A stretch of 64,000 nucleotides of DNA from Candidatus Woesearchaeota archaeon (GTDB lineage: Archaea; Nanobdellota; Nanobdellia; Woesearchaeales; GCA-2687795), in contig NZBG01000003.1 in NCBI GenBank assembly GCA_002687795.1, positions 24,557 through 88,556 on the forward strand, given 5' to 3'. A program made the translations under genes and the position numbers. The notes beneath the pieces are model-generated. The model made no database searches. It was not told the origin of the DNA and saw only the letters and a program-made list of their open reading frames with translations. Below are positions 45,311 through 54,245 of the stretch, piece after piece (the first letter of the stretch is position 1; each line of letters opens with the position of its first letter).

Positions 45311-46471
45311 GTGATGAAAATTAACTGGGCAATTTTTATTTTAATAATATCTGTTCTAATAAATATCGTCTTATTGATTAAGTTTTTCTTGTATAAATAT
45401 ATCACTTACCCAAAAGCTCTTAAATCCCTTAAGAATGAAATATCATTTAAGGTTCATGTCTTTGTTCCATGCAAGGGATGGAACAAAGAATTAGGCGCTT
45501 CATTGGAATCTATTGCAAACCAAAGGTTTCATAACTATAAACTAATCTTTATTACAGAATCTATTAATGACCCTGCTGTGAAAGAGATAGAAAAAATAAG
45601 GAAAAAATATAACCACGCCGCTCATGTTATTGCTGGAAAGAGCTCTAGAAACTGCCAAAAGAATTTTAACCTGCTTAAGGGCATAGAGGAATATCCCAAT
45701 GCAGATGTTTATGTCTTCTGTGACAGCGATATTATTATTGAAGAGAACTGGCTATTTAGATTGGTCAGGCCTTTACAATCAAGAAAAATAACAGTTACCA
45801 CTTCATTTGATTCTTCTACTCACCGAAGAGAAAATTTGTCATTAGTTTTTAAAAAATTTATAGATGCTTATCTTTATTTTCTTTTAATTGCAACAGGCGC
45901 TGTTTGGGGCGGATCTTTTGCTATTAGAAAAGATGACTTTTTTAGGTTAAAAGTCAATAACTCCTGGGAAAAGTTTTGTGTGGACGACGTCTCTCTAACC
46001 AAAATCCTTCTTAAGAAAAGAAAGAGAGGATTCTGTGTTCCAATCTCAATCAGGCATATAAGAGAAAATACAAGCTTAAGCGACTGGGTTACCTGGCTTA
46101 TAAGGCAAATCATGTTTCTCAAATATTATCTAAAGGGTTATTGGATACTTGCTTTAATAAATTTTACAATTATTTTGATTCCTATTTTTATGCTACCAAT
46201 AAATCTTATAATAAGCTTTTTAACCAATCGCTGGACAATTCATCTTACTATATCTGTTATAATGTTTATGTTTTTATATTTGTATTTTGGGATTATATTC
46301 TTAATAAAAAAGGAGAGAATAACAAAAGAGACTTTAGTTTATTTGTATCCTGTATTATTCATAAATTTGTACAGCCTGTATACAACTCTTTTCAATAACA
46401 CTATTAAATGGGCTGGTAAAGAATATACATTAAATTCTAAGGGAACGATTAAAACAATAAAATTTAAATAA
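45311..46471 (+). CDS. membrane-bound GT2/GT21-like glycosyltransferase
   Basis: N-terminal TM, VFVPCKG..., FCDSD (DxD), GGSFAIRK, and several C-terminal TM helices. Confidence 0.65.
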   Translation: MMKINWAIFILIISVLINIVLLIKFFLYKYITYPKALKSLKNEISFKVHVFVPCKGWNKELGASLESIANQRFHNYKLIFITESINDPAVKEIEKIRKKYNHAAHVIAGKSSRNCQKNFNLLKGIEEYPNADVYVFCDSDIIIEENWLFRLVRPLQSRKITVTTSFDSSTHRRENLSLVFKKFIDAYLYFLLIATGAVWGGSFAIRKDDFFRLKVNNSWEKFCVDDVSLTKILLKKRKRGFCVPISIRHIRENTSLSDWVTWLIRQIMFLKYYLKGYWILALINFTIILIPIFMLPINLIISFLTNRWTIHLTISVIMFMFLYLYFGIIFLIKKERITKETLVYLYPVLFINLYSLYTTLFNNTIKWAGKEYTLNSKGTIKTIKFK

Positions 46472-46491
46472 CTTCATTTATCCCTTTTTTT

Positions 46492-47661
46492 ATGCATTCC
46501 AGAACGCCTCTTAAAGCATTGCAGGAAGTAACAAAAACACCTGACATTCTTATTGAAATAATAAAAGGATTGATTAGAAAGCATATCACAGTAAACTATG
46601 ATTATTATTTTATGAAAGGCGAGTCTTCAAAGCTTAAGCAGGTCAGCATTAAGATAACAAACATGTGCAACCTTAGATGCAAGATGTGCGGCCAGTGGGG
46701 CGAGACTGGTTATAATATAAGAAAAGACTCTGAAGAGCTTAAGAAAATTGTGCCATTGGAAACCTATAAGAAACTTATTGATGATGTAAAAAAACTAAAG
46801 CCTTTCTTTTATATCTGGGGGGGTGAGCCCTTTCTTTATCCGGACATAATGCCTTTCTTGAAATACCTTAAGCGCCAAAAGATGATTGCTGCAGTTGTGA
46901 CTAATGGGGTTAAGCTAAAAGAAACAGCAAAGGACCTTGTAGAAATGGGTCTTGATATGCTTATGCTTTCCTTAGACGGGTCAAGAGAAAAGCATGATGA
47001 AATACGGGGAATGCGTGGCTGTTATGATACATTAGTAGAAGGCATTGAAGAAATAAGGAAAGAAAAAGAAAAGCTTGGAAAGAAGAAACCATATATAATG
47101 TTGTTAAGCACAATATCCAGGTATAATGCTGATAATCTGGAAGAAATATTTGAAGAAGCAAAAAATCTCCTTGCTGATGGTCTTATAATTTATTATTCAT
47201 GGTTTACAACCCCTGAAATAGGCATGCAGCACACAAAGATAATGGAAAACAAGCTTGGATGCACCCCTTTTGCATGGAAAGGCTATGTGGGCAGCTCCAG
47301 TAAAGTTAATACTGGTGCTTTGTCTTCAACTGTATCGAGAATAAAGAAAAAGAAATATCCCTTTTTTTATCTTTTCATTCCCTATCTTGCACCGGAAGAT
47401 ATCCCCAAATATTATGAAAGTCCCAAGAATATGTTTGGTTATAATAGATGCGTGTCACCATGGCTTACTGCAGAACTGATGCCAAATGGGAATGTAGCTT
47501 TATGCAGGGACTATCCCGATTACATAATAGGGAATATAACCCAGGATTCTGTTCTTAATATTTTTAACAGTGAAAAAGCCAAAAAGTTCAGGAACGTGCT
47601 CAAAGAAGAGGATGGCTTGTTCCCCATCTGCGCCAGATGCTGCGGGCTTATGGGTTGGTAG
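46492..47661 (+). CDS. radical SAM protein with SPASM-like C-terminal Cys cluster
   Basis: The CNLRCKMC (CxxxCxxC) cluster, GGEPFLYPD, and C-terminal CRDYPD...CARCCG. Confidence 0.8.
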   Translation: MHSRTPLKALQEVTKTPDILIEIIKGLIRKHITVNYDYYFMKGESSKLKQVSIKITNMCNLRCKMCGQWGETGYNIRKDSEELKKIVPLETYKKLIDDVKKLKPFFYIWGGEPFLYPDIMPFLKYLKRQKMIAAVVTNGVKLKETAKDLVEMGLDMLMLSLDGSREKHDEIRGMRGCYDTLVEGIEEIRKEKEKLGKKKPYIMLLSTISRYNADNLEEIFEEAKNLLADGLIIYYSWFTTPEIGMQHTKIMENKLGCTPFAWKGYVGSSSKVNTGALSSTVSRIKKKKYPFFYLFIPYLAPEDIPKYYESPKNMFGYNRCVSPWLTAELMPNGNVALCRDYPDYIIGNITQDSVLNIFNSEKAKKFRNVLKEEDGLFPICARCCGLMGW

Positions 47662-47671
47662 GCTTTTTTTC

Positions 47672-48802
47672 TTAAGATTCTCCAGAGAGAAAGCTTGTTT
47701 TTGCATCAAGATAATCAGCAACCCATAACATCCCCTCATCACAATAATAAAAAGGATTTTGATATGGTGTTCTGTTATTGTTGAACACTTCCAAGAAATT
47801 CCTATATCTATTGATGAGCGGTGTATATTCTCTAAGATACTTTCCTGCTTTCTGCCTGTCAACCTTGCTGACTACATTTATATAACACAATCCTAAATGT
47901 ATCCAGTTTGTGTTGCCTTCATAATTGGGGCTTATAAGTTTTGTAAGGAAGAATTGTTTATCCATTCTAGAAGCCTTTGTATATTTTAATGGAAAAGGCT
48001 TGTCCAATCCTTCTTCTTCTATTTTTCTCATTGAGCTTTTTATCATTACTTTTGATGTAAAGACACCGCAATAATAAGGGAATGTGTTCGCGTCGCCGGC
48101 CATATACTTTTTTCCTGATAAGTCATCCAGGAAATATTCTCCTGTCCAGAAATTATCTCTTATGTTTTTCTTAAAATTATAATTTTTTAAAGAATTATTT
48201 AAGATTCTTATTTTCTTTAAATCATTATCCAGCATAGCAGCCATTATGTTATCATATAAAGCGGATTTTCTCATTGAATGGTCTTTTATAGAAGAAAAAG
48301 CCCTATCCTTTCTCACAAGACCGGTTTCCTTATCTAATACAATATCATAAAATCTGTTTATTTCTTTGTTTAGAAAATCCTTATACTGATCAATTAAATC
48401 CCTGTTTCCTAATAATCTCAGGCTTCTTACTAAAAACGGCAAAGAATCAGGGGAATATGTTGGGAAATCAAAAGGATAATTATAAGGTGTGATAGTGGTT
48501 GTTACTTTGTTATGCCTGGAAAAGACTTTAAGCGCATACCTCAACGTTGAGTAAACCTTTTTCTTGTAGCCTAAATTTAATAAAGACTCTGTGCAAATCC
48601 CAAAGTCTCTTGTCCAGAATTCTCTGAAATGGCCAGTACTTGTCCTGAAATACTTGTTTTTCCAGCAATCCTCTATAATCTGTTTGCCTATCTCCTGGGG
48701 ACTTCCTTTATATCTCTTTATTCCTGAAAGGATTACCCTCAAGCGCCGCTTGAACATCCTCAATCCTTCCGGGATATATATTAATTGAAGCATGACCATC
48801 AA
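47672..48802 (-). CDS. hypothetical protein, possibly six-hairpin glycosidase / debranching-enzyme-like
   Basis: GHFREFWTRDFGICTESLL resembles the (alpha/alpha)6 glycosidase FWxRD motif. The start may instead be Met16 (48757). Confidence 0.35.
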   Translation of the reverse strand: MMVMLQLIYIPEGLRMFKRRLRVILSGIKRYKGSPQEIGKQIIEDCWKNKYFRTSTGHFREFWTRDFGICTESLLNLGYKKKVYSTLRYALKVFSRHNKVTTTITPYNYPFDFPTYSPDSLPFLVRSLRLLGNRDLIDQYKDFLNKEINRFYDIVLDKETGLVRKDRAFSSIKDHSMRKSALYDNIMAAMLDNDLKKIRILNNSLKNYNFKKNIRDNFWTGEYFLDDLSGKKYMAGDANTFPYYCGVFTSKVMIKSSMRKIEEEGLDKPFPLKYTKASRMDKQFFLTKLISPNYEGNTNWIHLGLCYINVVSKVDRQKAGKYLREYTPLINRYRNFLEVFNNNRTPYQNPFYYCDEGMLWVADYLDAKTSFLSGES

Positions 48803-48825
48803 CTATTATGAGTAAATCAATGAAA

Positions 48826-48924
48826 CGAGCCTGATGGGATTCGAACCCACGACCTATTGCTTACTTCTTCTTAACTAAAGTTGAATAGGAGGCAATCGCG
48901 CTATCCAGACTGCGCTACAGGCTC
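48826..48924 (-). tRNA. tRNA-Arg (CCT) with canonical 24-nt anticodon-loop intron
   Basis: Reverse complement: GAGCCTG TA GCGC AGTCTGGATA GCGC G ATTGC CTCCTA[TTCAACTTTAGTTAAGAAGAAGTA]A GCAAT AGGTC GTGGG TTCGAAT CCCAT CAGGCTC G. Confidence 0.9.
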
Positions 48925-49011
48925 ATATAAACAAGTAAAAACAGTTTTTGTTTTTAAGTTTATCTAATCTAAACCAAAACCTTTAATACATAATAGTTCC
49001 TGAATTACCTC

Positions 49012-50265
49012 ATGGACAAATTACTAACAGAAATCCTAAAAACATTAAAACCCTCTAAAGAAGAAGAATCAGCTTTTATTAGTGTAACAAACAATGTTCT
49101 GAAAAGGCTAAACTCCAGCCTAAAAGACGCAAAAGCAATCCTGGGCGGCTCAGGAGCAAAAGATACATGGTTAAAAGGCTCCCATGATGTTGACATATTT
49201 GTCTTATTCAACTACAACAAATTCAAAGAGAACCATCTCTCAACCTCAGACATCCTTGAAAAAGCCTTAAAAAAGAAATTCAAGGCTATCAAAAGAATCC
49301 CTGGCTCAAGGGACTACTTCCAGCTCAAAGAAAAAGGCTATGTGTTCGAAATAGTTCCAATCCTTAACATAAAAAAAGCAGAAGAATCATTAAACATAAC
49401 AGACATAAGCCCATTGCATGTTGACTGGGTAAAGAAACATAAGAAACTTTGCGATGAAATAAGGCTCACAAAATCATTCTGTAAAGCCCAGCGAGTCTAT
49501 GGCGCTGAAAGCTACATAAAAGGATTCTCAGGCTATCTCCTGGAAATCCTTGCCATCCACTACAAATCCTTCCACCAGCTATTAAAAAGCGCAGCAAAAT
49601 GGAAAGAGCATGATGTAATAGACACTGAAAAATACTACAAGAACAGCAAAGAAGCGCTCAACAGCCTCAACAAGTCAAAACTCATATCTCCCTTGATTGT
49701 AATAGATCCTGTCCAGAAAGAAAGGAACGTTGCAGCAGCGCTGGACGGGGAAAAATTTATCCAATTCAAAGAAGCAGCCAGAAAATTCCTAAAAAAACCT
49801 GACGAAAGCTTCTTTATTAAGAAAGAGCTTGACACCAAGAAACTTAAGCAAAAAGCTGGAAAAGATAGATTCATCCTATTAGAAGCAGAATCATCCGGCA
49901 GCAAGGAAGATATCATAGGATGCAAGCTCCTGAAAGTGTTTAACTATATCTGCAGGCAGTTAACAGGAAACGATTTCAAGATAATAAACAATGGCTGGGA
50001 CTTTGACAGGAAAAGCAAAGCCATTCTCTGGTACATAATCGACAAAAAAAAGCTAAGTGATTCAAAAAAAGTAATTGGTCCTCCAGTAAAAAGTAAGTAT
50101 CATGCCAAAAGATTTAAAGAAAAGCACAAAAACGCATTCACTGAAAAGAACAGGCTTTATGCGAATGTTAAAAGAAAGTTCAGAGAGCCTTCTGCCATGA
50201 TAAAAGGCATAATCAGGGAGGAGTATATTAAAGGGCTGGTAAAGAGAATAAAACCCAAACTATAG
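49012..50265 (+). CDS. cca: archaeal class I CCA-adding enzyme
   Basis: LGGSGAKDTWLKGSHDVDIFVLF nucleotidyltransferase motif and typical length. This fits the fact that no tRNA gene here encodes CCA. Confidence 0.85.
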   Translation: MDKLLTEILKTLKPSKEEESAFISVTNNVLKRLNSSLKDAKAILGGSGAKDTWLKGSHDVDIFVLFNYNKFKENHLSTSDILEKALKKKFKAIKRIPGSRDYFQLKEKGYVFEIVPILNIKKAEESLNITDISPLHVDWVKKHKKLCDEIRLTKSFCKAQRVYGAESYIKGFSGYLLEILAIHYKSFHQLLKSAAKWKEHDVIDTEKYYKNSKEALNSLNKSKLISPLIVIDPVQKERNVAAALDGEKFIQFKEAARKFLKKPDESFFIKKELDTKKLKQKAGKDRFILLEAESSGSKEDIIGCKLLKVFNYICRQLTGNDFKIINNGWDFDRKSKAILWYIIDKKKLSDSKKVIGPPVKSKYHAKRFKEKHKNAFTEKNRLYANVKRKFREPSAMIKGIIREEYIKGLVKRIKPKL

Positions 50266-50305
50266 CGAAACCTTTAAAAAAAGAAGCCCTTTTTACAATA
50301 TAAAG

Positions 50306-50503
50306 ATGATAATACCTATCAGATGCTGGAGTTGCGGAAAGCCAATAGCTCATTTATGGGAAGATTTTAAAGAAAGAACAGAGAAAGGGGAAGACAGGAA
50401 AAAGGTATTAGATGAGCTGGGCTTGGAAAGATACTGTTGCAGAGTTATGTTCATGGGCCAGGTTGACCTTATAGACACAGCAGCAAGATTCAAGAAGTTC
50501 TAA
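50306..50503 (+). CDS. rpoN: DNA-directed RNA polymerase subunit N (Rpo10)
   Basis: MIIPIRCWSCGKPIAHLWEDF...RYCCRVM signature. Confidence 0.9.
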   Translation: MIIPIRCWSCGKPIAHLWEDFKERTEKGEDRKKVLDELGLERYCCRVMFMGQVDLIDTAARFKKF

Positions 50504-50504
50504 A

Positions 50505-51629
50505 ATGCCAGAAAAGGTTTCTGTTATTAAATGCAGTTCTTATAACAAAGAAGAAGTTTATAATTCTGTTAAACAGTCTCTGGATAATATAGGCTTTAGA
50601 TTCAAAGAAAACTCTACTGTTCTATTAAAGCCTAACATCCTTTCAAGTACAACGCCTGATAAAGCAGTCACAACTCATCCTAGTATTGTTGAGGCTGTGT
50701 GCAAACTATTGAAAGAGAAAAACTGCAAAGTAATTATCGCAGAAAGCTCAGGATTCTCCGGAACAACAAAAAAAGCATTTGAGGTCTCCGGAATAAAAGA
50801 GGCAGCTGACAGGTATAATGCAGAGCTAATAAACCTTGGCTCCTCAGCTTTAAGAAAAATAGAAAATAAAGAAGGTGTTGTTCTAAAAGAGCTTTACCTG
50901 CCTGAAATCCTGTTCAAAGTAGATATGATAATCAATCTTCCAAAGCTAAAGACGCACTCTCTTATGCTTTACACTGGCGCAGTAAAAAACCTTTTTGGAT
51001 TCATCCCTGGCGGAAGAAAGCAAAAGTATCATTTAGTTGGAAGTACAAAAGAAAAGCTTGCCAAACTGCTTGTTGACATCTACCAGCTTGCCAAGCCAAA
51101 TCTCACAATAATGGATGGTGTTATTGGCTTAGAAGGAAACGGTCCTGGTGTCTCTGGAATACCTATTAAAACAGGCATAATAATGGTATCAGAAAGCTGT
51201 CCTGCATTAGACATAATAGCTTCCGGCATTATAGGCTACAACCCCTTTGAAATTCCAACCAATAAAGAATGTATAGAAAGAGATCTTGTAGACAAAGAAT
51301 CAATCCAGGTAATCGGAGAGTTTGTGAAAGTTAACTATAAAAAACCCTCACCTCAAATCTCAAAAATTCCAAAATTCCTCTCTAACTTGGCATTCAAACA
51401 CTCAATATCTTACCCCAAAATAAACAAAGAGCTATGCAGGAAATGCAGCATCTGTATTAACTCATGCCCTGCAAAAGCATTGCAGATGAAAGGTTACCCT
51501 GTTCTGGACAAATCAAAATGCATCAACTGCTACTGCTGCCATGAGCTCTGCCCTCATAAAGCAATAACCTTAAAGAAATCAGCAGTTATCAGCCTTCTTA
51601 TAAAGATAAAGGATGCTCTGAAGTTATAG
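50505..51629 (+). CDS. DUF362-domain protein with C-terminal 2x[4Fe-4S] ferredoxin domain
   Basis: CRKCSICINSCP and CINCYCCHELCP clusters. The N-terminal region resembles DUF362. Confidence 0.7.
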   Translation: MPEKVSVIKCSSYNKEEVYNSVKQSLDNIGFRFKENSTVLLKPNILSSTTPDKAVTTHPSIVEAVCKLLKEKNCKVIIAESSGFSGTTKKAFEVSGIKEAADRYNAELINLGSSALRKIENKEGVVLKELYLPEILFKVDMIINLPKLKTHSLMLYTGAVKNLFGFIPGGRKQKYHLVGSTKEKLAKLLVDIYQLAKPNLTIMDGVIGLEGNGPGVSGIPIKTGIIMVSESCPALDIIASGIIGYNPFEIPTNKECIERDLVDKESIQVIGEFVKVNYKKPSPQISKIPKFLSNLAFKHSISYPKINKELCRKCSICINSCPAKALQMKGYPVLDKSKCINCYCCHELCPHKAITLKKSAVISLLIKIKDALKL

Positions 51630-51732
51630 ATGGGGACGCGCTAAAATTCTCTTCGAGAATTCACTGGCCCCCATTTTTCTTGGAGATTCTATCTTCTGCT
51701 GAGAATTAAAGTCTTTAAATCAAAAAGAAAAA

Positions 51733-51846
51733 TGGGGACGCTGGGATTCGAACCCAGATCCAGCGGTATCTTCAGGGTCATTGCCTTTCGACTCATATCT
51801 CCAGTTACTGGAGCCGCTTATTCTAGCCAGGTTATACTACGTCCCC
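51733..51846 (-). tRNA. tRNA-Trp (CCA) with 40-nt anticodon-loop intron
   Basis: Reverse complement: GGGGACG ... AGCGG CTCCAG[TAACTGGAGATATGAGTCGAAAGGCAATGACCCTGAAGAT]A CCGCT GGAT CTGGG TTCGAAT CCCAG CGTCCCC A. The intron CTGGAG pairs with the exon CTCCAG. The D-arm is weak. Confidence 0.85.
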
Positions 51847-51927
51847 TTAGACTTAACATAAAAAAGCTTCTTATTTAAATATCTTGTCAAAAACTTTATA
51901 TATTATAACTGATTTCAGTATAAAATA

Positions 51928-52011
51928 ATGATGGTAAAACAAACCAATTTAATATTGAAAGATTCTGTTTCAGATAGTTTTACCTTTAAATTCTTTTATT
52001 TCTTTTGGTAA
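51928..52011 (+). CDS. 27-codon aromatic-rich leader peptide (MMVKQTNLILKDSVSDSFTFKFFYFFW)
   Basis: ATG 51928 to TAA 52009-52011. 8 of the last 10 codons are aromatic: 6 Phe, 1 Tyr and 1 Trp. TATA-like TTTATATATT at 51895-51904 is spaced for a leaderless start. The ORF lies 85 nt upstream of DAHP synthase. Confidence 0.6.
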   Translation: MMVKQTNLILKDSVSDSFTFKFFYFFW

Positions 52012-52036
52012 GTGCATAGGATTTTCCTGAATGCAC
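52012..52036 (+). promoter_or_regulatory. hairpin abutting the leader stop codon (candidate attenuator/terminator stem)
   Basis: GTGCAT (52012-17) pairs with ATGCAC (52031-36), with an inner AGG/CCT pairing. It is followed by CATTATCTCGACTTTTATTCTCTATAAATTTTTT. Confidence 0.45.
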
Positions 52037-52096
52037 CATTATCTCGACTTTTATTCTCTATAAATTTTTTAACAAAAATCCGGAGGACTAGAAAAA

Positions 52097-53176
52097 ATGA
52101 TAATAAAAATGGAAATGGGAACAGATGAAAAGAATATAAAGAGAGTTGAAGCTAAAATAAACGAGCTTGGGTATGAAGTTGGAGAGATACATGGAACAAC
52201 AAGAACAGTGATAGGAATAAAAGGAGATGTTTCAGAACTTAATGAAGACACTTTCATTCCTCTGCCTGGTGTGGAAGAGGTTATAAGGATAAGTAAACCC
52301 TATAAGCTAGCCAGTCTGGAATACAAAACCCTGCTGAATGGAGGAACTCCTGTATACACAAGAGTTAGTGTTGATGGCATTGAAATTGGAGGAGATAAGC
52401 TTGTAATTATGGCTGGTCCTTGCGCAATTGAAACCAAGCAACAAATAATGGATGCAGCAAAGTCCATTGATAGAATCTTCCAAGAACAGGAACATATAGC
52501 CAGGCCTATACTAAGAGGAGGTGCCGATAAGCCAAGAAGCAGCCCATATTCTTTCCAGGGCTTAGGTGAAGAAGGGCTTGAATACCTGGCTGAAGCAGGG
52601 GAAAGATATAAAATGCCAACTGTAACTGAAGTAGTCAGCACAGAAAAGGTTGAACTTGTTAGCAAATATGTAAAGATTCTCCAGGTTGGCGCCAGAAATA
52701 TGGATAACTTCGAACTGTTAAAAAGTATTGGGCAATCTGGGAAACCGGTTTTACTGAAAAGAGGAATGGCTGCAACTGTGGATGATCTACTACAATCTGC
52801 AGAATATATCCTCGATAATGGAAACAGCAATGTTATCTTATGCCTTAGAGGCACAAAATCCTTTGACAGCGGGAAAAACGGACCTTACAGAAACAACCCT
52901 GATGCTGCATATGCCGTGGCTCTAAGAAAACTTACCCCTCTTCCAACTGGATTTGATCCCAGCCATTCGACCGGAGCAAGGTATGCAGTTAAAGGAGTGG
53001 CTATAGGCGCTGTTTCTATGGGAGCTGATTTCCTTTTAGTAGAAGCTCACCCAAATCCAGAAAAGGCACTATGTGATGGGTCTCAAAGCCTGCATATGGA
53101 AGAACTAAGGGAATTAGTTAATGCAGCTAATGATTTCAGAGGCTTATATAATCACCATTTCAATGGAAAAGATTAA
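52097..53176 (+). CDS. 3-deoxy-7-phosphoheptulonate (DAHP) synthase, type I-beta with N-terminal ferredoxin-like regulatory domain
   Basis: LVIMAGPCAIE, RGGADKPRSSPYSFQGLGEEGL, LQVGARNM, LKRG and DPSH motifs. The ~75-aa N-terminal extension is like that of Thermotoga-type enzymes. Confidence 0.85.
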   Translation: MIIKMEMGTDEKNIKRVEAKINELGYEVGEIHGTTRTVIGIKGDVSELNEDTFIPLPGVEEVIRISKPYKLASLEYKTLLNGGTPVYTRVSVDGIEIGGDKLVIMAGPCAIETKQQIMDAAKSIDRIFQEQEHIARPILRGGADKPRSSPYSFQGLGEEGLEYLAEAGERYKMPTVTEVVSTEKVELVSKYVKILQVGARNMDNFELLKSIGQSGKPVLLKRGMAATVDDLLQSAEYILDNGNSNVILCLRGTKSFDSGKNGPYRNNPDAAYAVALRKLTPLPTGFDPSHSTGARYAVKGVAIGAVSMGADFLLVEAHPNPEKALCDGSQSLHMEELRELVNAANDFRGLYNHHFNGKD

Positions 53177-53202
53177 TAACCTCTTTATTTTTTTATTATT
53201 TT

Positions 53203-53871
53203 ATGCAGGATTCCGACCCTCTGCTTGAAGACCTAGAACAACCACCCTGGTGGAAAGGTCCATTGAGATGGATAATGGGCTTATTTCTTGTCCTTATAAT
53301 AATCCTAATGGCAATACCTTATTACTCAATAAAGCTTGACCCAGAGCCAAAATACACCCCAAACACAGATGAAGTCTTATTTGGCACTAAACTGGAAACA
53401 AACAACTCAATAAAACTGGCTGATATAATTCACTTAGGAGCCTTCATAAAGCCAGGAGACCCAGTTATAAAAAGAACAGCTGATAAAATAGTCTCCCTAT
53501 CCTGCAGCCAGGGAAAAATCTGCCATGCAAAAGCCCTCTACTACTTTGTAAGAGACAACATTCAATATGTAAGCGACCCTATTGGCAAAGAATACATTGA
53601 AGACCCAAAAGAGGTCTTAATGACCTCCGCAGCAGACTGTGAAAGTGGCTCTATACTCTTATCATCAATGCTTGAATCAATAGGCATAGACACTCAATTA
53701 GTATTAATCACAGGCCATGCTTACATAAGGATAAAACTCCCTGATGGGCTAAAAAGATACAAGATTGATGACTGGGTTTACCTTGACTGGACATGCAAAA
53801 GCTGCGAATTTGGAGAGATTCCCTGGAAGAATGTAAGAAAGCAGGCAACTTACCTTGAAGTAGGAAACTAA
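53203..53871 (+). CDS. membrane-anchored transglutaminase-like cysteine protease-fold protein
   Basis: One TM, then AADCESGSILLSSMLESIGI...GHAYI...D, consistent with a Cys-His-Asp core. Confidence 0.65.
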   Translation: MQDSDPLLEDLEQPPWWKGPLRWIMGLFLVLIIILMAIPYYSIKLDPEPKYTPNTDEVLFGTKLETNNSIKLADIIHLGAFIKPGDPVIKRTADKIVSLSCSQGKICHAKALYYFVRDNIQYVSDPIGKEYIEDPKEVLMTSAADCESGSILLSSMLESIGIDTQLVLITGHAYIRIKLPDGLKRYKIDDWVYLDWTCKSCEFGEIPWKNVRKQATYLEVGN

Positions 53872-54167
53872 TTTCCACTAATCTCCTCAACAATCTCCTT
53901 CCCTGACTTCTGTATAACTAAATATTCATAGGCTTTATTTAACAATAATACAGCTCTCGGCAAATCATTAACCCTATACGTATTAGAAGACTTCCATTCC
54001 TTACCCTTCTTATACCTTCTCTCAAGCGTGATTGTATAAAAATAGCTCACCTTATCATCCTTAACCCTCTTCCTGTTATTCCATATTGTCAGATATATAG
54101 AGCCGGACCTAAACTTCTTCTCAGGCAGATGCTTACCCTTAATTTCGCTTAAATCTATTTCAGGCAT
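53868..54167 (-). CDS. hypothetical protein, possibly PC4/YdbC-like ssDNA-binding fold
   Basis: The start is reset to MPEIDL, with a TATA about 35 nt upstream. ...ITLERRYKKGKEWKSSNTYRVNDLPRAVLLLNKAYEYL resembles PC4-like proteins. This is a weak call. Confidence 0.3.
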   Translation of the reverse strand: MPEIDLSEIKGKHLPEKKFRSGSIYLTIWNNRKRVKDDKVSYFYTITLERRYKKGKEWKSSNTYRVNDLPRAVLLLNKAYEYLVIQKSGKEIVEEISGN

Positions 54168-54245
54168 TTTCAGGGTTTCCCTTGTTTTCCGGAAATATAT
54201 AATTCTTACGAAAATCTTATATATTATCAGCATTTTTGCTAATAT

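Noticed and set aside
51756-51795. Box C/D guide RNA inside the tRNA-Trp intron, as in some euryarchaeal tRNA-Trp genes
   Set aside because: Only a CTGA and an imperfect AUGAGU are present. The 40-nt intron is too short for C/D' /C'/D architecture. The CTGGAG complementarity is explained by the splicing helix.
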